DNA of 63,691 nucleotides, counting the filler, from Globobulimina sp. (taxonomy: Eukaryota), in the NCBI GenBank assembly GCA_003354225.1. It is 12 parts of 12 records of this genome, joined end to end, with 100 filler letters (N's around TTAATTAATTAA, not from the genome) between each part and the next. Parts side by side here need not be neighbours in the genome. Positions count along the whole stretch, not along the records: positions 21,300 to 26,517 come from PIVH01000666.1; positions 26,618 to 31,835 come from PIVH01000667.1; positions 31,936 to 37,151 come from PIVH01000668.1; 9 more parts are not named here. One strand, written 5' to 3'. Shown here in pieces: positions 24,041 to 34,310 of the stretch. Under the pieces are notes generated by a model. It worked only from the letters and a program-made list of their open reading frames with translations. It searched no databases and was not told where the DNA came from. Position numbers and translations under genes: made by a program. The first letter of the stretch is position 1. The number at the start of each line of letters is the position of its first letter.

Positions 24041-24850
24041 ATTATTTTGTAGCGTTTTCATATGCATTTTTTTATTTTCCTTTCTGTTGTGTTTGCATTC
24101 AAACAAAAAAACAATACTAGTATTGATTTTTGTTCGTTTTGTATTTGTATCGTTATTTATAATTTTCAAAAAATTCGTTTGTTTATATATTATTTTATGT
24201 TTGCAATTTTCCTCCGCATTAACAATAACAATACGCATTTACGTCTGGGTTACGTCTGTTTACTCGTTCAGATGAAGCACGTTGGCTTACGTGCTGTACT
24301 TATTTTTGTTGTGTTCGGATTTAGTGCATTTTTGGCCGAACAGAAAGATTTATTTCAGCTGGTTTTAAGCTAAGCTTCCTTCTCCGGTTAGGTTAATAAT
24401 GGTTAGATGCACCATTCTCGCTATTGCTTAGTTGCCTAGTTTGCTTATAAAATAGATATTGTTAAATATGCTTTAATAGTTGCTTTGTTGCTTAGTTGCT
24501 TAGTGTTAAGCAATTCCTTACTAACCAATTACTGCTTAGTTGCTCAGTCGATAATGCAGCTATACCATATTCCATACTGATATATGCCTAGGTACTGCAC
24601 AAACTAAGCATACAGTGATGTATCGGATAAGATGAAGACGCTATGATCAACAATTGCTTGTTTACATAAAAATATGGACAGTATTCGTAAGGCATTCATT
24701 TTAATCCTTGCTAATGAAACTTGAATATTTGTCAATGGAATATATATATCATAGAATCGTCCGCCGTATAATTATTATCAAATCCAAACAATAATACAAA
24801 TGCTTTCCAAGTTAAACCATGATCACATGGCCAAGGAAAAGATGATGTTT

Positions 24851-25525
24851 TAACAAATATGTAAATTAGCACATTAGCACATTAGCAAATTAGCAAATTA
24901 GCAAATATGTAAATTAGCACATTAACAAATATGTAAATTCAAGAAAATTTTATTATGAAATTTGCACATTAACAAATATGTAAATTAGCACATTAGCACA
25001 TTTTATTATGAAATTAGAATTAATACAATCAGGAATTTTCAAGAAATTTTTATTATGAAATTTGCATATTAGCAAATATGTATAAATGTTTAGTTAAAAA
25101 AAAAACAACAAACAATCCAATCCATATCAATGGATCCAACAATCAATCAAAATATTTTTTATTATGAAAATTGCACACTAGCAAATATGATTAGTTATCA
25201 AACTAACATTATCGCAAATAATTAAAAACAAACAGTTATTTAGAAGATGGTACAGCGAATATGCTGCCATTATTATTGGTCATCGTAACACAACACATCC
25301 AATGAAACTCATTTTAGAATTGAATGCAATCAGAATTTTCAAGAAATTTTTATTATGAAATTTGCACATTAGCAAATATGTAATATTTAGTTATCAACAA
25401 AATACAAACATTCCAACAAATGATCCAACAAAATCCATATGAAACATTAAATGATCCAACAATAAATCTGACAATAATCAAAATTGCACACTAACATTAA
25501 TCGCAAATATTTTAAAACAAACAGT
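24851..25525. repeat. Degenerate AT-rich tandem/higher-order repeat
   Basis: 8-bp units ATTAGCA(C/A), about five copies of TTTTATTATGAAA(TTTGCACATTAGCAAATATG), and a ~290-300 bp imperfect duplication (25016..25236 vs 25316..25525). Confidence 0.8.
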
Positions 25526-26517
25526 GAATAATTTAAAGCAAATAATTTAAATTGCCAATCTATCAAACTTATATTTCATCAGGAATCTATGCAGTTTGTT
25601 AAAAATAGTTCAAAACGAATTTGTTATGCGAAATTGCGCAAATTCAATCACAATTATAAGCAATTGGATTGATGTTAATTCAAATCGTAAACAATTGGTA
25701 CACAAACACAAAATAACTTTTATATCATTTCAAGTTTTTGAAAATAACCAAATAAAATTTAATAATCAAAACTTTTTGATTTATCTTGTGTTGTGTTGCT
25801 TTGATTTGTTTTTTCTTTTATTTCTAATGTGAATACAGAACCAAATTAATATCAATTAATTTCTCTGTATTCTAACAACAATTGTACTCTGTGTATTGTT
25901 GTTCAATTTATACTCAATACTTAAATATTACTGGACGAACTTTTTTTTATTATGATCAATATAATATGATCATTATATGATCAATATGATCAAAATTTTG
26001 CTCATATCTGACATATTTTGCCCATATCATAGTCTAACTCACAGTGTAAAAAGTACACTTTCCTTTAGGCTAACTTGCACGACTCACTCGACAAAACCAC
26101 ATTACGCTAACTCGGACATAACTCGGGCGAGTCGCTCGCATATGCTGTATGCTTTTTGTTGTGATTATAGTTATATGTACAGATATATGTAGTCATGTTA
26201 TCATATATAGATATGATCAAATTTCTATGTACCATGATGTAATCAAAAAATTAAGTAAAAATTTACTTCAGAATTTTTTGTTGAATCATTTTTTGTCGTA
26301 TCGAATAATATTCCTCCGTACACTTGAATGCATAAATATCTTAATAGTTTATAGATAGACTAGATGTACCCAGATTGTTTAATCTTATCGATAAAGATAT
26401 TTATTCTTTTATAAAAAAGTGAAAAAGTTTTATAAATTCCTCGCTATAATTTTAACACTCTGAAAATATCCAAATTATATAGTTCAGCACCGTCGAATTT
26501 TTTCTAATTCTTCTATT

Positions 26518-26617
26518 NNNNNNNNNNNNNNNNNNNNNNNNNNNNNNNNNNNNNNNNNNNNTTAATTAATTAANNNNNNNNNNNNNNNNNNNNNNNNNNN
26601 NNNNNNNNNNNNNNNNN
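26518..26617. other. Artificial contig-join spacer
   Basis: N44-TTAATTAATTAA-N44. Confidence 0.98.
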
Positions 26618-29600
26618 ACTTTATCGCTTCAACCATATTTTTAACCTGATCCACCTCCGAAATGCCTAACGATGTCGTCTGATAAATTGTAATCTCTTCC
26701 TTATAATGCGACGGATTTACAACATTTCTTTTCTTTTTTTTGATGGTCTCATCCGCCGATATCGATATCGCAATGTCGTCATTCGAGTCACTCGCACTCA
26801 TATCATCAATGCGCGTCCCATGCTTCATCAACGGCGTAGTTTGGGAGTTTTTAATCTTTGCCAATTTCGGCAATGTCTGCGATGGATTTTTATTAGTTTT
26901 GGTGCTGGGATTGGTCGTGGAGTTCCTCCGTTGCCTCACCTCTTTAACGCTGGGTAGCTGACTGGCGTAGGCCATAAACATTTGTTGTGCCGAATCTACG
27001 TCGTGTTGATAGGCGGTCAAGTTACGAATTTCTAAAATATCGTTGAACTTTTCATGACAAATTAAATTCGGCAATTTCACGGTCACATAGACTCGCATGG
27101 AAGTGCCGAAATACTGCGGGTTGGAGCTGATATATCCCAATTCATCGTCGTATACGAAGCCTATTTCACTGTATAACGTGGAAAAATTCATTTTCTTGAT
27201 GCGATATTCTTGTTTGGTTAGTCGCAACCCCTTTTTTTCTTTTTTTCCCTGTTTCTTGACTTTCGTCACTACCTCACTGAAGGTGAAGGAATTCGAGGTT
27301 GGGCTATCGGGCGTTTCCGACACTAACATTTGTTCATTGTTCATATTGGTGGGAGACTCAATGGATATGTTGCTGTTTATAGCTACATTTGCATTCGCAT
27401 TCGAGTTGAATTGCAATTCGCGAGATAATATATCCTGTTGTTTGGCGAATAAATTGTCTAAAAATATCTGCTGCCTTTGTTTGATTGAACTTTCTAACTT
27501 CTCCTCACAGTCAAATAAGCGCTTGAAGGCTTGCAAGATATTCCCGTCATTTTGCACAGAAATCAAATGCAAATGTTCCAAATAATTGCACCATATATAG
27601 AGGTTTTTATTGCTGTTTATGAATATGCCGCGGGATTGAGGCCAATCTCTGGCGTAACCGGCCATGATTAAGCCGGGTGCGTCTGGTTTGGGAAATAATT
27701 TATCGGTCTCGATCAATAGCGGCAGTTTGGATGCGTTTATTTTATGGTACGGCCGGTAGCGACCTTTCAAGGCGCCTTCATTGCATTGACTTAATGGTAG
27801 TGGCAGTGCATAAACACAACGTTTCTATCATTTGTACGTTATCTGCACATAAATTATATACAAATCATAGAAACGTTTCGCACATTAACTATTACCTTAA
27901 CACAGAAGACAGCATCTTCTCTAAATTGATGCGCTCGCTCCGCGAGATGACATTACTGAACCTAAAGCCATGCAAATTGCGCGACAATGTGATGCGGCAC
28001 GAACTGACATAGTCGTTGTCCCATAATTGCAACCTCGCCATCATGAATGAGGAATTCATCGACGACTCTTTCAACCTCTGTCTTTTATGCGATTTCCGCC
28101 GCTTATCCTCTCGTTTCCGTCGTTTCCGTTCATGTTTCTCTTTCTCGCGTAACATATCCTTTTCTTCCCCGTCAGTCCCTCCCTCTTCCTCTTGTTTGCG
28201 CTCATCCGCCGACACACTCTCTGCGATCATATTTATTTCCGTTTCTTCAGAGATGCCGATAATATCCACACTAACGCCGATATTGTGTGTGCCGGACGTG
28301 TTTTTCCTGCGTTTGCTCTTCTTTCGCTTCTCTCGCAATGAGGCACCGGCGGAGTTGGTGGCTAATGACAATCCGCGACTTCTGCGTTTAGATTTGGTTC
28401 GGTATCCATAGGGATTGGGCGATTTGCTTCTTTTACTCATCACATTCATACTCATACTCATATTCACGCCGGTATTCATAGTGAGTAATAGCCGCCAATC
28501 TGTATTTTTTTTATGCGGCCGGTCTTTTGGGTTCCATTCGTCGTGCAATACACTCAATAATTCGTCGCAGATATCTTGGAATACTTCGTAAGTCTGAAGG
28601 TGTACAGGAATTAGTTTCAACATTATATATTATAGAAACAACACATAATTAACCTTAAAATCAGCCAATCTGAAACCAATAGGATCAGGTAAATAAAAAC
28701 AACCACATTCAATGGCTCGATCAATGCTATAATCATTGACTATATTTGCTTCATCTCGGTAGATATTATACAACTCAAACGATAAAAATTCAGACACCAA
28801 CGTCTCATTCCGTAAGTCGTCCAATTTTGGGTAATCTGCCTTTGTCGCATACTTTTCATACACATTCCTTATCGAACCATTACGTTTCTTCCGCTTGGTA
28901 GTCACTACTTTTTTCAGTCTCGCCTTGAAATTCCCTTTGATGAACTCCATACTTATCTGCTTTATATGCACCGGCGCACTCAACTGAGCTTTGGGCGATG
29001 TGTCCCCACCAAACGGACGGTATTTTTTAATGCTGTTTTTCTGCGATGGTGACGCCGCGGGCGAGTCTGGCATAAATGGCGAATATAACGGCGACAACGA
29101 CGGTGAATTGGAAGTTAAATTTTTAGCGAATTTGAACTTGTTTTCAGTTGCATTCACATTCAATGTCTCTTGTTTTGTGTCGGGGAAATTATTCGTTTCT
29201 GACGGGATCGATTGGTTTATGTTTAAATTTGAAACTGGAGTTAGATAATTATACAAATCCGAAATGAAAACGTTTTTGAAATACATGTAAATATAGGAAA
29301 CCTGCAGGCGATTCGTCGATTTTTTTATCATTTTCTTCTTTGATATCGGTTAAAATGGCTGGTTTGTTTTGGACGCGTTTTTGTGTGTTTTTAACTTTAA
29401 ATTTTTTACTTTTCCTTCGTTTGGTGCCTAGTTTGCTATTTTTGTGTCTTTGGTCATTTTGTTGATGCACAATGGATGAGTTTGGATCGATTAATAATAT
29501 GTCTTCGTATTTACTTCTTCGTCGATCCAAACCTGTAAACACTTGGTCTGCGCCAAAATATTTTCTTGACTTTGGATTGGAAAACGATTCCTTGGATGAA

Positions 29601-30157
29601 AAGTCTTTTGTTTCTTCTTCTTTTTCTTGTTTTGTTTCTTCCTTTTCTTCCTTTGCTATTTTATCTATTTTTATATTCATTTGTTTTGCTGCTTTTTCCT
29701 TTTCTTCATCTTGTTTTTCATCCTCTTTTTCATCGATATTTGGTTGTTTTGGTTTGATTGAGTTTTTTTGAGTTTTTTTGAGTTTATTGTTGCTTTTATT
29801 TACTTTTTTTTGTTTTTTGTTTGCTTTTTTTTTGCTTTGTTGTGGTTGATTTTTATATTTTCGATGAATTTTTCTATGCTTACCGCCATATTTAAAGACT
29901 CGCGTCTTTTGTTCTGCAGTTTTTTTATCCATGATGGCGTTAATAATTTGTCTCCGTATAAATAAGCCTTTGTTGCGTGGACAGCGAAAGTACCTCTTAC
30001 CATGGATCAAGCCATCATGCCGTGTTTTATGTGGTGTTCTTATTTCAATGCCATACCATTCCCCCAAACCAAATCCTGTTTTACCTTTGAATCGTACTAT
30101 TCCCTCACGATCAGATGTCAAGTATAACATATCTCCAATTGCTACGCGTTTGTTCAT
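26618..30157 (-). CDS. CAP-Gly domain fused to a divergent ATP:guanido phosphotransferase (phosphagen kinase) fold; 4 exons, 3'-truncated
   Basis: CAP-Gly GIVRFKGKTGFGLGEWYGIE...HDGLIHGKRYFRCPRNKGLFIR. Kinase blocks DYPKL, VSSCRITLSRNLHGF, ARDWPQSRGIF, LGYI..P..FGT.MRV and SLGISEVDQV. Three short GT-AG introns are consistent with joining the four ORFs. Confidence 0.85.
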
Positions 30158-30251
30158 CGCGTTTATTATTTATTTATTTATTTGTAAGAACGATGTATTG
30201 CAACACAATATCAGCTAAACTTCAACGTTTTCAGTAGTTTTCATCAAACTG

Positions 30252-31331
30252 TCAGAGTTTATGTTGATTTTGTAAATTAATGTTTAACAATGATTCACAA
30301 AATTTGTCTATTATTTCATAGTTTATTGGTTTTGGACATGCTCCTTTACGTTGAATGCATAACAATGCAGTTGCTGTTGCATATAATAAACAAAATTTCC
30401 ATTCTTGTGTGTTTAATTGCTTGCGACTCATAACATATTGTGCCAAAAAGCCAGCTGCAAATGCATCGCCAGCGCCAGTTGTGTCAATTATATTGACATT
30501 TTTAATATTGCTGTTATACATATACAGTATATTGCCATTATTCTCTCTTAACAAACACCCTTTGGATCCCATTTTCATTACAATCACCAGCTGCTTATTA
30601 CAACTTATTTGAATCAACTTATTCATTGCATCCAGTTTGCTCATTTTCACTCCAATCAATTCCAATAATTCCGTATAATTTATAAATAAAACAGAAACAA
30701 TACAACATAACTTCATGAAAATCAGACGTTTGGCTTTATTTAATTTAAATTGACTCATTTGTAAATCTAATGATATTTTATATTTATATCCATTGTCAAT
30801 TAAACAATTAATAAATTCCATCGAATGTAAACCAAAACAATTATAATATCCACCAATATGAATATGATGATATTTGTTCACTTTCTTCATTAATAATATC
30901 GATGAAACTAAGTTATTATTTAAATATTTTAAGTTAATTCTATTGGTAATAAAGGTTCTTCCGTGTTTGCCCGATAATATAATACACGAATTTGCTGATT
31001 TTGATTGTTTATCATTGACAATAAAATTACATTTCTCGTTTTTAATAAGATTCAGCAACACTTTTGATAGCGTATCTTTTCCAATAACACTCAATAAATC
31101 AACCGTAATATTCTGTAAAAACTCACATATACAATTTGTCGTTAATTATAAAAATAAATATACCTTAGATTCACTCAATTGTCTGGCTGTATTTGCTGCA
31201 CAACCACCTGGCAATAATTCAATATTATTAACGATGCAGTCTTCGTCCCACGATGGTAAATTACCGACACCATTCGCTTGGATATCGATAAACAGATCTC
31301 CAATGACAAGCACTCGCCTTGAACATGCCAT
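30252..31331 (-). CDS. PfkB/ribokinase-family carbohydrate kinase (2 exons)
   Basis: VLVIGDLFID, PGGCAANTA, KMGSKG and DTTGAGDAFAAG. Intron near 31163..31113. Confidence 0.9.
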
Positions 31332-31425
31332 GGGACAAAATTAAAGCCAAAAAAACTCCAAAACTTTTTTCCACATTTTTTTTCCTTTTCTTCATCCTTC
31401 CACACAAAACAAAACAACCAAAACA

Positions 31426-31835
31426 ATGGGACAAACCATGCCAATCGCAAATGTTTTTGGCGAGAAAAGGACTGTAAAACAAATAATTCGCGAACAAAAA
31501 CGCATAAATAATCGCTCAATACGTGAATTAGAACGCGAGTTAAATAAAATTAAAAGGGACGAAAAAAAGAGTAAAATTGAAATGAAGCGGTTAGCCAAAC
31601 AGGGACAATATGCAGCAGTCAAACAAATGGCAAAAGATATTGTTCGAATGCGAGGCACACAGTCAAATTTTATTAAATTAAAATGCGAATTATCATCGAT
31701 GTCTCGTCAAATGGATACCATGCAGGCAAATAAACAGTTGATGGATGCCATGAAAAACACATCAAACATAATGCCCGCACTAAATAAGCAAATGAATTTG
31801 CCCGAATTGCAGAAAATTATGCAAAAATATGGCCA
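31426..31835 (+). CDS. VPS2: ESCRT-III subunit VPS2/CHMP2, 3'-truncated
   Basis: IRELERE, AKQGQ.AAVKQMAKDIVRMR and LNKQMNLPELQKIMQ. Confidence 0.9.
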
Positions 31836-31935
31836 NNNNNNNNNNNNNNNNNNNNNNNNNNNNNNNNNNNNNNNNNNNNTTAATTAATTAANNNNNNNNN
31901 NNNNNNNNNNNNNNNNNNNNNNNNNNNNNNNNNNN
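31836..31935. other. Artificial contig-join spacer
   Basis: N44-TTAATTAATTAA-N44. Confidence 0.98.
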
Positions 31936-32143
31936 ACACCCTGGTTGATAAGTTGTATACATTCGATTCAATTATCTGAGAAACGCGTTGCAAATCCAGA
32001 AACGGTTTGCTATATGTTTGTCTTGGGTTTGTTCTGCGTTTATTATAACTCTGTCTTGGGTTTGCAAATCGAGAACAAAGTCAGAACAAATTTATAATTG
32101 AATTTTCAGTATACAAAGGAAATTATAGTGAGGTTAATGAAAA

Positions 32144-33097
32144 TTAACCACCAAAACAGCCTCCATATCCAAAAACGAGATGAACAGTTGATTCAATCCC
32201 AATATTATAATCCTTAACAGTTCTATCTACATCCATAACTTTGCCTACATAAACTAAACGTTTCTGTGACATCCATGGAATTCCTTCTTTGTCAAACAAT
32301 TTCAATTTCACACTTCCTATTTTCTCTGTTTCACAAACTCTGAGAACCACAGTTTTCCCAACTCTGAGAACCACAAATATTTTGAAATTGTTATCTTCTG
32401 ACAAACTGCGGGATTTCCTATACATTTCATTCTTTTTTTGCTGCATATATTGAATGTAATCGTTACACCAAACCATTGACTCATTGAATTCTCCAAAATA
32501 TGCAATCACAATATCTTTCAATATACGTCCGAGTGTAGCACCAAATAAACAAATTAACGATGCATCCACACTCTCATAACATTGTTTTAATTTGTTTACA
32601 CTGAATGTGCGAAGCAAAACTAAATCACCTTTGTGTATTCCAGTACCTCCCGCATACCGCCCATTGCATTGTATTGCGTTTTTGAGAAACACTTTATGCG
32701 CAGTTTTGTGTTGAACAGCAGCACTTACATTCACTACATTTTTTTCTGAAACAGGATGCTGTAATAACTCAATTATTCCACTGCAACATTTTGAGAGAGT
32801 GATTGCCGGCGACCATTGATTTCGGAATATATCCAATTTGATAACACCACATTCGCTCACGTTTGGATGATATATTTTTGTTATCATGCGAATTTTTGGA
32901 GGTCTAAATGGATAATCTGCAGGAATTTCTATTTTTAGTTCATATCTTCCATTGGCATATGGTGTTTCTGCAGGTCCCATGACATGGCCTTTCCATTGAA
33001 ATAAGTTGTCACAATTGATAGGCTCTAGGGAATACGAGGCTGACTGTTGTTTGTTGATTTTTTTTAACTCGTCTGTCAATCGTTTGAGAGCAGACAT
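32144..33097 (-). CDS. Ubc4/5-like E2 fold (catalytic Cys replaced by Lys) + linker + C-terminal ubiquitin-like domain
   Basis: MSALKRL, GPAETPY, PADYPFRPPK and TKIYHPNVSECGVIKLDIFRNQWSPA. Ubl: FKIFV..GKT..IGSVKLKLFDKEGIP..RLVYVGK..DRTVKDYNIGIESTVHLV..GG. Confidence 0.9.
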   Translation of the reverse strand: MSALKRLTDELKKINKQQSASYSLEPINCDNLFQWKGHVMGPAETPYANGRYELKIEIPADYPFRPPKIRMITKIYHPNVSECGVIKLDIFRNQWSPAITLSKCCSGIIELLQHPVSEKNVVNVSAAVQHKTAHKVFLKNAIQCNGRYAGGTGIHKGDLVLLRTFSVNKLKQCYESVDASLICLFGATLGRILKDIVIAYFGEFNESMVWCNDYIQYMQQKKNEMYRKSRSLSEDNNFKIFVVLRVGKTVVLRVCETEKIGSVKLKLFDKEGIPWMSQKRLVYVGKVMDVDRTVKDYNIGIESTVHLVFGYGGCFGG

Positions 33098-33147
33098 GGT
33101 AAATGTTTAGAAAACAGTTTTCCACTAAACATTGAATAATCATAATC

Positions 33148-33966
33148 ATGGCTTTACTTTCAATTTTATTAGCAACGGTATTGACATACACAACAAATGC
33201 ATTTCTTGGCATTGATGCAGCAGGCTCGACAATTTCCACAGCCAGTTATCAATGTTTAAGGAGCGGAGGTTATGACTTTGTAATTACGAGAGCATGGCAT
33301 TCAACCGGTTCATTTGACACTTTATCTGTGGCTAATTTAGCCAATGCGCAAGCCGCTGGCTATTCGGTGAGAAACACATCAGTTTATATGTTTCCTTGTT
33401 CATCAACTGCAAATTCTGCAACTTCACAAATGAATACAATGATTTCCGACTTAGATACTCGCGGCGCAAAATACAATATGATATGGCTGGACGTCGAGTA
33501 TAATCCAGGTATATAGCATAGATATTATACTGTGATATGCGCATATTACATATTAATAATATACACAGATTCTGGATGTGCGTGGTCCAAAAATACCATT
33601 GAAGTCAACTGTGATATAATATTAGCTCTAGGCAGCGCAGCGGAGGCCAAAGGTAAAAAAGTTGGCATATATTCAAATCATAATGAATGGGGTGGTAAGT
33701 TTTACGTTTACATTTGATATGAAATATGCAACAATATATACGAAAATAAAGGATATGTGTTTCACGGTGATTATACTGCGTGCAGTCAACCTGCAAAAGA
33801 AAAAAATTGGCCAGTTTGGTACGCTGATTATGACGGTGCTAAAAATTTTAATGATTTTGTTGCTTTTGGTGGTTGGACTAAACCGGTTATAAAACAATAT
33901 GCGGGCGATGCCAAAGTATGTGGCTTAGACGTTGATACTAATTGGGAGCCAGTTGCTGCTTCTTAA
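33148..33966 (+). CDS. Secreted GH25-like (protist-type) lysozyme, 3 exons
   Basis: Signal peptide, LGID, MIWLDVE, VGIYS, WYADYDG and FGGWTKPVIKQY. Introns 33509..33568 and 33695..33751. Confidence 0.9.
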
Positions 33967-34310
33967 AGTCTAGAAAATATTAAAGTGGATTGATTGACAT
34001 TTATTAAAGTGGATTTAATGTGTATAGTTATTGATCTTTACATGATACGGCCGGTGATACGTTGTTCATTTGTTATTTCACAGAAAAAGACGTTTTTCCG
34101 ATCGATTTTTAGGGTTGTATTTGCTTGCCGTTTTCTCAAAGTGCGAAGAAAGAGTTTTGTCAAAATTATTGTTAGAAATCAACATAAAGTGTTTGCTCTT
34201 TTTGTAATACAAATTGTTGTGCTGGAAATTAATTGATGAGACACTTGTAACGAAATGTCAATATCACTTTGTAGGGAATTAAGAAGAGAGAACTCATTAA
34301 TTTAACAATT

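Noticed and set aside
24851-25525. Repeat cluster considered as a CRISPR array
   Set aside because: The units are degenerate and irregularly spaced, there are no unique constant-length spacers or cas genes, and the context is eukaryotic.
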